64,000 nucleotides of DNA from an uncultured Desulfobacter sp. (GCA_963665095.1 OY762069.1:6720001-6784000); one strand, 5' to 3'. Positions 49,945 to 60,008 are shown, counted from the stretch's first letter. Numbers and translations are program-made. The notes: generated by a model not told the origin, from the sequence alone.

Positions 49945-51698
49945 TATTCCTGCGTTTCCAGGTGTTTAAGTTTTTCCTTGATTTCTCGGATCTCTTTTTC
50001 CTGATCTTCCCTGGCATTGTCCAGTGCTTTTTTATACAGGCTCACGGCCTTTTCCCTGTCTCCGGTCTTAACGTAGACATCTGCCAGATGGGCGGCAATT
50101 ACCGTTTCATACTCTGACAATGCAACTGCTTGTTCAAGGTAATAAACAGCCTTGTCATACTCTTGTTTTTTAAAGTAAATCCACCCAAGGCTGTCGGTGA
50201 TGTAGCCGTCCCCGGGGCGGATTTCCAGAGCCCGCTGAATAAATTTAAGTGCCTGGTCCAGGTGAATGCCCATTTCAGCGTAGGTATATCCCAGGTAATT
50301 GAGGGCCGATGCATGCTCCGGATCTATCAGAATCAGGGCTTTCATGGTGTCAATACAAGCCTGTCGCTGACCGGCCTCATCCTGAACAGCGCCAAGTTTG
50401 AACATAAGTGCAGTGTTCTCCGGGTTTTCCTTTAACGCGGTCTGAAGCAGGGCGATGGCTGTATCATGCTGATTGTCCTCCTGGTAGAAAGAGGCCAGGT
50501 AGGTGGTGATGTCAATGTCAGTCGGGCTTTGTCTGTGGTGCTGTTCAAGAAAGCGCACGGCCTCATCTATACGGTCCATATCCCTGTAAAGGAATGCAAT
50601 GCTTAAAATAGTTTTTTTATACTCGGGGTGGTCCGGAGTAACCTTGAGGTAATATTCTATGGCCTTTTCCTGATTGCTCAATCCCTCATATGCCATGCCA
50701 AGGAAAAAATTTAAATTTGAATTGGCAGGGGCGACCTTACGGAATTGTGACATGACCGTGACAGCGTCTTCATATCTTTTTTCCGGAATCAAAATCTGGG
50801 CAGTCGTCACCACAAGACTTGGATTCTCCTTGGTTTTCTGACCAAGCAAGGCAAATATCTCATCTGCTTTCTGAAAATTTTGGGATGCATAGTAGAACAG
50901 GGCAAGCTCTATCATGGCCCTGTCATTATCCGGATCCATCTCCAGAATATCATGGAAAACATCCAGGATTTTTGATTGGTTTTTCTGCAGGCCCAGGTCT
51001 GTGTATGTTTCAATCAGACGGAATCGGGGCTCAAGCAGGTCTGGTTCAAGTTGAATCGTCTTATGAAAAGATGCCAGGGCTGCCTCCGGTTGTCCCGAGG
51101 TTAACTGAACCTCTCCTAAATAAAAATGAGCAACATAATAATCGGGGAACGCTTTTACCATCCGGGAAAAAAGACTTAATGCCTGGGGGGTCTTCTCTTC
51201 ATCCATATACACTTTTCCCAGGCGCAGAAATGTTTCCTTATCTGTGGGAGAAAGTCTCAGAATGTGCTCAAGCAGCTCCGGGAGGTCCTTTTCATCCCCT
51301 TTTTTCAGACGGGCTAGGAGCAGGAGGTTTTCCACATTATCCGGATCCTTTTCTGCCAGTTGCTGGGCAAGTTCCAGGGCTTTTTCGGATTCTTTCCTGT
51401 TTTGAAGGTCAATAATAAATTCGCGCTTCAGGAAAGAGGAGTCAGGATCTTTGGCCATGGCCTTTTTCAATGCGTCCAGGGCCTGGTCAGGCTTATTTTT
51501 GTTTTCGTACCGTCTTGCCAGAAGGTAAAAGTAGGCTGCCTGCTGATCAGTGCCGGGGCGTATGGCCGAATCCTGACTGTCAGCTGCCGGGCCACCGGGT
51601 TGCTCTGACAATGGCTGACCGGCAGGTTCCCTGACACAGCCTGTTACAAAAATAATGCTGAGTACAAAGGCCAGGGTACACAGGATGGACTGTTTCAT
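49944..51698 (-). CDS. Tetratricopeptide repeat lipoprotein
   Basis: Lipobox VTGC; many TPRs; ALNYLGYTYAE and ITDSLGWIYFK. Confidence 0.9.
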   Translation of the reverse strand: MKQSILCTLAFVLSIIFVTGCVREPAGQPLSEQPGGPAADSQDSAIRPGTDQQAAYFYLLARRYENKNKPDQALDALKKAMAKDPDSSFLKREFIIDLQNRKESEKALELAQQLAEKDPDNVENLLLLARLKKGDEKDLPELLEHILRLSPTDKETFLRLGKVYMDEEKTPQALSLFSRMVKAFPDYYVAHFYLGEVQLTSGQPEAALASFHKTIQLEPDLLEPRFRLIETYTDLGLQKNQSKILDVFHDILEMDPDNDRAMIELALFYYASQNFQKADEIFALLGQKTKENPSLVVTTAQILIPEKRYEDAVTVMSQFRKVAPANSNLNFFLGMAYEGLSNQEKAIEYYLKVTPDHPEYKKTILSIAFLYRDMDRIDEAVRFLEQHHRQSPTDIDITTYLASFYQEDNQHDTAIALLQTALKENPENTALMFKLGAVQDEAGQRQACIDTMKALILIDPEHASALNYLGYTYAEMGIHLDQALKFIQRALEIRPGDGYITDSLGWIYFKKQEYDKAVYYLEQAVALSEYETVIAAHLADVYVKTGDREKAVSLYKKALDNAREDQEKEIREIKEKLKHLETQE

Positions 51699-51739
51699 GA
51701 AGGGTATACCTTTTAAGAATCTATTGTGAAAAATGGCCG

Positions 51740-52702
51740 CTATTGATCATGATCGTACATGTCAAAATCGGGCATATCTTTTTTGAAATATGCTTTCATT
51801 TTTTTGATGATGTTATTCTCAATCTGTCTGACCCGTTCCCGTGAAATATTATAGGCTTCGCCTATTTCCTGAAGGGTTTCAGGAGAATCTGAAAAAATTC
51901 TTCGTTCGAAAATATCAAGTTCACGCTCATTCAGGCTTTTTTTGAATTCATCCACCTTGGTGTAAAGGATATCTTCAATTTCTTTTTTAGCCAGGCGATC
52001 TTCTGATGAATCTGAATCAACATTAATAAATTCAATCCTTTCGGTGTTGGAGTCATCCTTTAACGGCTCGTCCAGGGAAAGATCCCAGTTTGCCAGGCGC
52101 TGATCCATGTCCACCACTTCCTGTTCAGATACCCCCAACCGCTCTGACAAAAGCTTGGGCTTGGGATCGAATCCCTGTTCGATCAGGCGCTGTTTTTCTT
52201 TTTTCAGTCTGAAAAAAAGTTTGCGCTGCCCCTGGGTGGTCCCAATTTTTACCATGCGCCAGTTGTCCATGATGAATTTAAGAATATATGCCTTGATCCA
52301 GAAAGAGGAATAATATGAAAATTTTACATTTTTATACGGATCAAATTTTTTAACAGCCTGGACAAGGCCGATATTTCCCTCCTGAATAAGGTCAAGAAGG
52401 TTCTGCATCCATATTCGCTGAAATTCCAGGGCAATTTTGACCACCAGGCGCAGGTTGGAGGTGGTCATAATATAAGCGGCCTCCTGGTCACCTTCTTCCT
52501 GAATCCGTCTGCCCAGTTCTATTTCCTGATCCCGGGTTAAAAGTTTGTAGCGGTTGATCTCATTGAGATAGCTCTGGATAGGATCTGATTTGACCAGGGC
52601 CTTCGTACTGCTGGTCCCGGTCTTGCCTGCAGGTACCAGAAAGTCTTTTCTGGTCAGTCTTTTGTTATCCGTGGGGCTTTCTTGGCCGGCAATATTTTCC
52701 AT
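51740..52702 (-). CDS. rpoH: RNA polymerase sigma factor, RpoH/sigma-32 subfamily
   Basis: SNLRLVVKIA, DLIQEGNIGL, WRMVKIGTTQGQRKLFFRL (RpoH box), TLQEIG...ISRERVRQIE. Confidence 0.88.
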   Translation of the reverse strand: MENIAGQESPTDNKRLTRKDFLVPAGKTGTSSTKALVKSDPIQSYLNEINRYKLLTRDQEIELGRRIQEEGDQEAAYIMTTSNLRLVVKIALEFQRIWMQNLLDLIQEGNIGLVQAVKKFDPYKNVKFSYYSSFWIKAYILKFIMDNWRMVKIGTTQGQRKLFFRLKKEKQRLIEQGFDPKPKLLSERLGVSEQEVVDMDQRLANWDLSLDEPLKDDSNTERIEFINVDSDSSEDRLAKKEIEDILYTKVDEFKKSLNERELDIFERRIFSDSPETLQEIGEAYNISRERVRQIENNIIKKMKAYFKKDMPDFDMYDHDQ

Positions 52703-52780
52703 TCAGGAACCTTTTAATTGAATTAAATGAACCCTTATTATTATCATACTTCGGATAAAAACGATATAGCTGCATAATTA

Positions 52781-54630
52781 CCCAAATCCACCGCCAATTT
52801 TTTACGTGGCATTCCGTGGCTGGATTTTTTGCTTTTTCTTAAAAAATTTCCAGCCGCGTGCGTGGCTTTTGGCATAACCGGCGTCCGCGCTACAATTCGG
52901 ACAGAATTTTAGACGCACGTCCCCCTTTGTACTTCCATTCCTTTCAAAATTCCAACAAATTATCCAGTTACCTCCTGAGAACCGTTATCCTGACGACAGC
53001 CCTTCCAGCAAGGCGATCCGTTTTCGGGCTCCTACTAAAACGTTAAAGCAAGGATGACCTTTGGATAGCCTAAGGATCAACTCTCTGGACCTTTTTACTA
53101 TTCGACCAGGGATATTGATAATTGAAAACCGGATGGCTTTCATCCTTCTGCCCATCATTTGGGGCTCGAATGCCAAGCGTTTCAACATCTGGTTTAGATT
53201 AAGCGCCAGGATCATCATCCACCACCAGGCTGCATTTTCTCCAAAGTTACCCGAAGGCAATGTCCCCCCGGCCAGATCCTTTTTCATTATGGAGTGAACC
53301 TCCTCGCTTTTGCCGCATCTTTTGTGCAGCCAGTGGATAAGGTCCTCTCCATACATATCCTGTTCCGGAATATTGGAGACAATACCAAACACTTTATACC
53401 GGAGCTCATCCATCTCCATGGTCGGAAACGGCAATTGCATTTGTTTGTCTTCCATGCCTGGAAGAACCGGTTCAAGCACCTGACGTTTGGCAAGATAACG
53501 GTACTCAAGCCCTTTTTTGCTTTTCCCTATTCTTGAGGGGACAAAGCAGACTTCTGCCCATTCACTGCCGGTCTTCATTTTTTTACCGTTCATTTCTTTA
53601 TAGATCGGCTTCCATTCAGAGGAAGGAACTTGGGCTACGGCAATTTTGAATGATTGAGTGACATCACACCCAACAGCAAATTCAATTCTCCCGAATCGAT
53701 TGTTGTCTGCTGAATCACAATACTTTAAGAGGTCATGTTGGTAGCCGGCGGTATCTGATCTGAGCCGGACTTTTTCGACTCCCTGGGGTAAACAGGCCAG
53801 GGCTTCTTTGAAAACTCTTAATTGCTCGTGTCCTGCCGGAACATTCCCATCCCGAAATTCAGTGTGCAGGATCATATTCTGTTCAGCCCACCATGTATTG
53901 AAGGGCTGATAAGCCTTGAATCCTTTATAACAGAAGCTTGCTTCCTGTTTGCCTGTCTCAACCAGGGTCGCATCCTGATCCAGAGTGGCTGTTATGCATG
54001 GACGTGCCCCATTCATGGCATCACACATATCTTTGTTGATATGCGCGAAACCTTTAAGGTGGCGGTTAGAGGCCGGAATGAAAGCTTTGATTGAGGACTC
54101 TGAGCGTAACTGCTCTTGGGCGACATCATGAAAGGCCTTCAGGTATCTGAACATGGCTGAAGCAGAAGGAACAAATCGCTGTTTCTCTTTGCGCCATCTT
54201 CGTTCGATCTCACGCCTCTCTTTGCGTGGCAGCTTATAGTTCTCAGTTGAATGTAGTATCCTGCAAAATCCATGATCCGCATTTAAAATATTCAGATCGT
54301 CAACGCAGTTGCCGCCTGCAAGGTTCAACAGGATACCAGACAATACAAACTGGGAGTCTGTCCAGCCCTGGGAGCCCTTCTTTACGGTTAAATGCTTTTG
54401 AATCGATTTGGTCAGCCCAATCACTTTTGCCAAATCAAGATAAAGCGGCAGCCCACCCAATGCAGTTGAGCCTCCGTCAGTTTTTTCCTGTTCGTACTTG
54501 AATGGTAAGATTCCCTGTGGCATAGTTTGTTGCACCCCGTTGGTGATAGTTTTTTGTTCGCACAAATACTCTATCTGCTTGAACCATCAAGCACAACGGG
54601 GTTTTTTATTTTTTTGATGGTGGATTAGGG
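52781..54630 (-). mobile_element. IS1380-family insertion sequence, 1850 bp, apparently intact
   Basis: Terminal IRs CCCAAATCCACCGCCAA / CCCTAATCCACCATCAA (14/17); 5-bp AATTA duplication at 52776-52780 and 54631-54635. Confidence 0.88.
52985..54523 (-). CDS. IS1380-family DDE transposase
   Basis: T..GGL, TLDQDAT, Y.G..AYQP, FRDGN, LRSDTAGY, R.G.SE......K.DL, F.ENAAW; alternative TTG start at 54565. Confidence 0.88.
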   Translation of the reverse strand: MPQGILPFKYEQEKTDGGSTALGGLPLYLDLAKVIGLTKSIQKHLTVKKGSQGWTDSQFVLSGILLNLAGGNCVDDLNILNADHGFCRILHSTENYKLPRKERREIERRWRKEKQRFVPSASAMFRYLKAFHDVAQEQLRSESSIKAFIPASNRHLKGFAHINKDMCDAMNGARPCITATLDQDATLVETGKQEASFCYKGFKAYQPFNTWWAEQNMILHTEFRDGNVPAGHEQLRVFKEALACLPQGVEKVRLRSDTAGYQHDLLKYCDSADNNRFGRIEFAVGCDVTQSFKIAVAQVPSSEWKPIYKEMNGKKMKTGSEWAEVCFVPSRIGKSKKGLEYRYLAKRQVLEPVLPGMEDKQMQLPFPTMEMDELRYKVFGIVSNIPEQDMYGEDLIHWLHKRCGKSEEVHSIMKKDLAGGTLPSGNFGENAAWWWMMILALNLNQMLKRLAFEPQMMGRRMKAIRFSIINIPGRIVKRSRELILRLSKGHPCFNVLVGARKRIALLEGLSSG

Positions 54631-54723
54631 AATTACCACTTGGTTATTTTTAGTACCGGAAATATATCTCTGCAGCCTTTTGAAAAATGCAGAATAGGGT
54701 ATATCAGAAGTGAGATTATACTA

Positions 54724-54752
54724 TTGACTCTGGAGTAACGGCGGCGTATAAG
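54724..54752 (+). promoter_or_regulatory. Putative sigma70 promoter
   Basis: TTGACT-17 nt-TATAAG upstream of the response regulator. Confidence 0.5.
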
Positions 54753-55020
54753 CATAAAAAAATATTTTCAAAATATTTTATTCTGTTGCTGGTTCAAATT
54801 CAATCTTTCTATTATCTGCGGGTAGTTATGATTTCAACGCATTTAAGGCAATTGCTAAAGCTTTCATATAAGCTTCTTTAAAAGATCAAGGGGTACCTTT
54901 GCTGCGCCATCTCATGCCAGGCCCTTGAACAGATCCTTTCAACTGATATAAAAGTATACGCTTTTGGGAAGAGTGGTTTAAAGTCATGAATTATCAAGTC
55001 CCCCCCCTTCTTTGTATTTT

Positions 55021-56043
55021 ATGTCCTCTAAAAACCTCGTTGTTGATGACGAATCTCGTATTTGCCGAAGCCTTTCGCAATTGCTTTCCAGCTGGGAATA
55101 TGATGTTCAAACCTGCCAGAGCGGCAAAGAGGCCTTAAAAATCCTGGCCGATCAGTATTTCGATCTGGCCCTGATTGATGTGTTCATGGGGGATATGACT
55201 GGATTTCAATTGGTTGAAGAGCTGGCTTCCCAGGGTATTGAAACCCGTGTAATCATAATGACAGGCATGTCTTCTACCGATTCTGCGGTGAAAGCCCTGC
55301 GGATGGGCGTGGATGATTTTTTAAAAAAACCTTTTGAAGTCGAAGAACTGCATAATAGAGTAGCCCGGGTACTGAAACTGCAGTGGCTGGCCAGGCAGAT
55401 CCGTCAGAATGAGGAGAAATACCGAGTTCTGTTTGAGTCTTCGTTTGATGCCATTTATCTTATTGATTCTGAGACCGGAATCATTGTGGACTGTAATGAA
55501 GCGGCGGTTACGCATCACGGCAAACAAACCAAAGCAGATATTATCGGTACTACCCCTGTCAGCCTGTCTCCTGCATTGCAGCCGGATGGCGTCCCTTCTG
55601 AACTGCTTTCCAGGAAGTACTTCAAACAGGCGATGGAATCGGGCAGAAAAGAGTTTGAATGGGTTTATTGCAGGGAGGGGGGCTCAGAATTTAATGCCCT
55701 GATTGCCTTAACTGTTTTTGCGATGGGTGAAAAAAATTTTTTTATGGGGGTGTCAAGGGATAATACCTATCGCAAACAGGCACAGCAGGGCCGGGAAAAA
55801 TTGATAAAATCCCTTCAAAAATCATTGGAAAATGTTAAAACGCTAAGCGGTCTTTTACCCATCTGTGCCAGCTGCAAAAAGATACGCGATGACAACGGGT
55901 ACTGGAAACAGCTTGAAGCTCATATTCAGGAACACTCCTATGCCTCTTTCAGTCACAGCCTGTGCCCGGAGTGCTGCAACAGGCTTTATGGTCACGAAGA
56001 TTGGTACCGGAACCTGCAATTAAGAAAAAAGATCCGGAAATAA
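55021..56043 (+). CDS. Response regulator (REC-PAS) with C-terminal Cys/His domain
   Basis: VVDD, LID (phospho-Asp), MTG, KP; PAS segment; [16 protein letters not shown]...SHSLCPEC. Confidence 0.85.
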   Translation: MSSKNLVVDDESRICRSLSQLLSSWEYDVQTCQSGKEALKILADQYFDLALIDVFMGDMTGFQLVEELASQGIETRVIIMTGMSSTDSAVKALRMGVDDFLKKPFEVEELHNRVARVLKLQWLARQIRQNEEKYRVLFESSFDAIYLIDSETGIIVDCNEAAVTHHGKQTKADIIGTTPVSLSPALQPDGVPSELLSRKYFKQAMESGRKEFEWVYCREGGSEFNALIALTVFAMGEKNFFMGVSRDNTYRKQAQQGREKLIKSLQKSLENVKTLSGLLPICASCKKIRDDNGYWKQLEAHIQEHSYASFSHSLCPECCNRLYGHEDWYRNLQLRKKIRK

Positions 56044-56091
56044 GATTTCTATGGACAATGTTTTCTGTATTTGTTAAAAGACTCTGCTGTT

Positions 56092-56168
<77 letters not shown>

Positions 56169-56475
56169 CTCAAAAGACAATAGCCGCAAGGCTTTTAGAG
56201 GCACTCCGAGTTTCACCGGTAGTGCCTTTTTTGTCCTTAAACGCTGTCAATAGTCTTTCTTTTGCCTGTTTAATCATTTAGGTGTTTCTCTTGTTTTCGT
56301 TGTTCTTTTCAGATCATGGAATCATTGTTGAAGATATTGAATACATTAAATGCAGACCTCATAGCAGTTAGAGGTGCTTTTTGAGATGGGACGCGATATG
56401 TACTATTAAATTACAGAATCAGGATAACGACCTGTTCAGGGGTAGTTAAACAGATAAGTTAAAGGAGTGGATATT

Positions 56476-57018
56476 ATGAAAGCGGCACAGTTGACTGGTC
56501 CAAAGACCATTGAGATTAAAGAAGTTTTTCAGCCTGTGGCTGATGATAAAAAAGTGCTGCTTAAGATTGAACGATGCGGAATCTGTGGGTCCGACCTTCA
56601 CATATGGGAAAATGGCGCTCCGCAGGGCCTGATAATGGGGAATGAGTTTGCCCGGGTGATAGAAGACTTCTGTGGTGATGCTTCTGGCCTTGAAAAAGGG
56701 CTGCGGGTGACAGCGATGCCGTCAAATCCCTGCGGGACTTGCGAAGCCTGCAAAAGAATGGAGTACAATCGCTGCCTGAATATACTGGCAGACGCACCTG
56801 GTATTACCACCCCGGGTGCTTTTACACGCTATATATCCATCAGCCGGGATAGTGTGTGTCCGCTCCCGGAAGGGATGACTTTTAATCAGGGAGCCATGGT
56901 GGAGCCTTCTGCTGTTGCACTGCATGCGGTAACCCTGACAGGTGTCTGCATCAAGCAGGCGTTTGAAAAATTGATAGACCCGAACAGTGATGTCGTGAAA
57001 ATTATGGTCAGAGTGTAG
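56476..57018 (+). pseudogene. Zinc-dependent (MDR) alcohol dehydrogenase with internal in-frame deletion
   Basis: GICGSDLH, G(N)E, CGTCEAC...NRC, VEP.AVALHAV, then a direct jump to a C-terminal-type AFEKL...KIMV; the NAD-binding Rossmann domain is absent. Confidence 0.75.
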
Positions 57019-57105
57019 CAAAACCTTATCATCGAATCATGATAAAGACTGTTCAAACAAAAAAAGGTTTTCAGCTTGAATTGCCAAAAACCTTTTACTG
57101 TTTTA

Positions 57106-57153
57106 GTGGCTGGCTGACTATGATTCGAACATAGATTGACGGAGTCAGAGTCC
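57106..57153 (-). repeat. att site: duplicated 3' half of tRNA-Gln
   Basis: GTGGCTGGCTGACTATGATTCGAACATAGATTGACGGAGTCAGAGTCC, 46/48 identical to 60067-60114. Confidence 0.92.
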
Positions 57154-57276
57154 TTTTCTGTATCTTTCAGAGTTTTTCACATAATTTCATGAACACATTG
57201 TTATTACTTGACAATATTGCAAATCGCCGGTATTTTTCTTTCAGTTCTTTTCATAAAAAACCACCTTACATCAGCT

Positions 57277-57300
57277 AAAAAGTGGGGGCTATGTGGGGGC
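57277..57300 (+). repeat. 24-bp direct repeat copy 1 (putative integrase arm-type sites)
   Basis: AAAAAGTGGGGGCTATGTGGGGGC, identical to 59985-60008; contains tandem GTGGGGGC. Confidence 0.8.
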
Positions 57301-57346
57301 TGGGTTAATCAACGGATATTCAAAACAATGTGGACAGGTGATCTGG

Positions 57347-58573
57347 ATGGGGCAATATAAAAGTACAAATTATCCAGGGGTCAGATATCGGGAACACAAA
57401 ACCCGTAAGCATGGCATAAAACCCGATCAGTATTTTTTTATTCGTTACCAGAAGGATGGAAAACGAAAAGAAGAGGGTGTAGGTTGGGCAAGTGAGGGAT
57501 GGACACCTTCAAAAGTTGCGTTGAAATTGGCGGAATTCAAAGAGGCTGCCACCACAGGGGAAGGGGAAAGCCGTTTGTCTGAAGCCCGGGCCAAAGCTGA
57601 GGCCAAGAAAAAACTTGAAAAAAAGGCTGAAATAGAGCGGGCGAACCGGGGAGTAACCATTCATGAATTTTTTCACAGGGTTTATTATCCTCAAATCCAG
57701 AAAGAAAAGAAAGAAAAAACTTATGGTCGTGAAGAATCCCTGTTTAGGCTTTGGATTGATAAAAATATCGGTGCATATACTTTTTGGGATGCCACCAAAG
57801 CCGATATAGAGGGCGTTTTTTATGACATTATTGACACCGGGAAAAGTGTTCGAACCGCTGAATATGCCATGACAACATTGAAGCAGATTTGGCGGGAAGC
57901 ACGGGAAAGTGAATGTGCCCCTGAAATGCCCCTGATTTCAAAAACTATGAAAAAGAAAATCAGCCAAAACAATAATGCCCGGATACGATTTCTTTCCCAT
58001 GCAGAAGCCCAGCGGCTTTTGGATGAACTTTTGAAGGTAAGCATCCTTCTTTATGAAAAAGCTTTAATCAGTCTTCACTGTGGGCTAAGGGCTTCAGAAA
58101 TATTTAATCTGACCTGGTCCCAAGTTGATTTTGATCATGCTATTTTCAATATAATAAACTCCAAAGGTGCTGGCCGGTCTGTAAACATGACAAAGGATGT
58201 TTTGTCTTTGATGAAGAATAAAGAACCAGGGCGGTTGAATGAACTTGTTTTCCCCGGCAGGCAAGGTAATCCATCCGGGCAAATCAGCCAGAAATTCAGG
58301 GAGGTGGTTAACAGGCTGTTCAACCAGGGTTTGACAGACCGGCGGGAGCGGGTCACGTTTCACACCTGCAGACATACTTGTGCAAGCTGGATGGTGAAAC
58401 AGGGAATCAGCCTTTACCTTGTACAAAAAGTATTGGGACATTCAACTATTCAAGTCACTGAGCGATACGCGCATTTGGCACCGGATCAATTGCAATTGGC
58501 CGCGAATGCCATTGACAGGGCCGTAGGTGAACACCGGGAAGAAAATATTATTCCGCTCAGGAAGAAAGCATAA
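57347..58573 (+). CDS. Tyrosine recombinase/phage integrase
   Basis: GLRASE (R), SK (K), FHTCRHT (HxxR), LGH, TERYAH (Y); N-terminal YPGVRYR arm-binding-like region. Confidence 0.93.
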   Translation: MGQYKSTNYPGVRYREHKTRKHGIKPDQYFFIRYQKDGKRKEEGVGWASEGWTPSKVALKLAEFKEAATTGEGESRLSEARAKAEAKKKLEKKAEIERANRGVTIHEFFHRVYYPQIQKEKKEKTYGREESLFRLWIDKNIGAYTFWDATKADIEGVFYDIIDTGKSVRTAEYAMTTLKQIWREARESECAPEMPLISKTMKKKISQNNNARIRFLSHAEAQRLLDELLKVSILLYEKALISLHCGLRASEIFNLTWSQVDFDHAIFNIINSKGAGRSVNMTKDVLSLMKNKEPGRLNELVFPGRQGNPSGQISQKFREVVNRLFNQGLTDRRERVTFHTCRHTCASWMVKQGISLYLVQKVLGHSTIQVTERYAHLAPDQLQLAANAIDRAVGEHREENIIPLRKKA

Positions 58574-58624
58574 TACAATATTTCGATCAACACAGGGTTG
58601 AAAATTGACAATAGGAGGAACGAT

Positions 58625-58861
58625 ATGTCATCACAACTTGAACAGTGTGAACGGCAGGTCAAAAATTTAAGCATAGAGGAACGTGGGCAATTGATTCAAA
58701 GCCTTATAGAGGGCCTTGACGATATAGATGAACAAAACCTTGAAGCCCTTTGGATACAGGAAGCGTCAAGGCGTCTGAATGCGTATAAATCAGGCCGCAT
58801 AGAGAGCCGGAGCAGTGCAGATGTATTTTCTAATGCGCGGGCAAAGCTGAAAGAAATATAA
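58625..58861 (+). CDS. Addiction-module antitoxin (TIGR02574-like)
   Basis: LS.EER..LI.SL, W..EA.RRL..Y.SG; AGGAGG RBS; overlaps the toxin start. Confidence 0.85.
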   Translation: MSSQLEQCERQVKNLSIEERGQLIQSLIEGLDDIDEQNLEALWIQEASRRLNAYKSGRIESRSSADVFSNARAKLKEI

Positions 58862-59151
58862 TGCACATTCGTTTCCTGGCACCGGCTGAAAATGAAATGC
58901 TTGAAGCGGCGGCATATTATGAAATCCGTGTGAAGTCCCTTGGGGAAAATTTTCTTGATATTGTTGAAGCTGCCGTCAATGAAATTGCAGAAGACCCTTT
59001 TATCTGGATGGAAATTCATCCTGGAATCAGGCGGCGGTTAATACGTCGATTTCCATATTCGGTACTTTATTCAATCCACGATAATGAAATAGTCGTTGTC
59101 GCTGTTATGCATCATAAGCAAAGACCTAAATACTGGTTGGGCAGAAGATAA
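58861..59151 (+). CDS. RelE/ParE family toxin
   Basis: F...AE.E..EAA.YYE, RR.LI.RFPYSVLY, VAVMH..QRP.YW..R. Confidence 0.9.
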   Translation: MHIRFLAPAENEMLEAAAYYEIRVKSLGENFLDIVEAAVNEIAEDPFIWMEIHPGIRRRLIRRFPYSVLYSIHDNEIVVVAVMHHKQRPKYWLGRR

Positions 59152-59174
59152 AAATAACCAAAGCCGGATATGCC

Positions 59175-59358
59175 ATGAAGATCTTTTTGACAGGAATCAT
59201 TGGAAAATAGGGCTCTGGTTACGTTTCCTTTGGATATAGCCAGCCAAGGGGAAACAGTGGACGAAGCAAGGGCAAAACTACAGGGAGGCCTTGAACTGTT
59301 TTTTGAATGTGCATCCCTATCAGAGATTGAAACAAGATGTAGGTCGAACAATATTTGA
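59175..59358 (+). pseudogene. HicB-family antitoxin relic
   Basis: MKIFLTGIIGK*GSGYVS, then a frameshift to LDIASQGETVDEARAKLQGGLELFFECAS..EI, the characteristic HicB N-terminal motif. Confidence 0.75.
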
Positions 59359-59478
59359 ATAATTCTGTCTTCCTGGGATAGGTGCAGGGTCGCTCCCCGG
59401 ACCGAATCGGCGGCAATCCTGAGCCGCCTTTCCCGGGTTTTTAAAATCAGGTGTCATTTCAGGAGATGGTAAAAGAGT

Positions 59479-59985
59479 ATGGCTATTCAGGATCAATTGC
59501 CTAAGATTGGCAGCCTAAAGAGTGACGGTTCTTTAGGTATAGATATCTACGGAATAAATAAGTCACCTTTTTTCAGGCCAGATTATCAAGAATTTAAAAG
59601 ACGTATGTATAACACAGAAAAAGACTGTGTTTCTGTGTTAATTGGATGTAGTGCATCTGATTTGTGGTTTGTCGTTGAACACCAAATCAGAATCCGAAAA
59701 GAATATTTAAAAAAGAATTCCCCATCTCATTTGACCAATATGGAAAAAGTGTTTGTTGAAATTGAAGACGAAGAATTAAGAGCATATATGGAGCTTTCGC
59801 ATTTGCTTGTTGAAATGAAAAGTACCCTTCATGATGGAGAGATCATGGGGAATTTAACAGGACATCACTCTACATCTGAAAATGACACAAGCATTGAAGA
59901 GCCAGAAGACTTTTTCACACATAAAGCGGTTTATGAAAGTACATCCTTTTTGGGCTGGATGTCAGAGAATTACCCCCATGCTTAA
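59479..59985 (+). CDS. Hypothetical protein (island cargo, AT-rich)
   Basis: 168-aa ORF with a purine-rich upstream region; no family recognised. Confidence 0.6.
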   Translation: MAIQDQLPKIGSLKSDGSLGIDIYGINKSPFFRPDYQEFKRRMYNTEKDCVSVLIGCSASDLWFVVEHQIRIRKEYLKKNSPSHLTNMEKVFVEIEDEELRAYMELSHLLVEMKSTLHDGEIMGNLTGHHSTSENDTSIEEPEDFFTHKAVYESTSFLGWMSENYPHA

Positions 59986-60008
59986 AAAAGTGGGGGCTAT
60001 GTGGGGGC
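59985..60008 (+). repeat. 24-bp direct repeat copy 2 (putative integrase arm-type sites)
   Basis: Identical to 57277-57300. Confidence 0.8.

Noticed and set aside
54986..55020. C8 tract between an out-of-frame ATG (54986) and the response regulator; possible phase variation
   Set aside because: The tract is short, the extension adds no recognisable domain, and an in-frame ATG exists at 55021. Read-level length variation would be needed to support it.
57106..57153. Possible fourth tRNA gene
   Set aside because: Only the anticodon loop to CCA is present; the D-arm and 5' acceptor strand are missing, so it is an att fragment.
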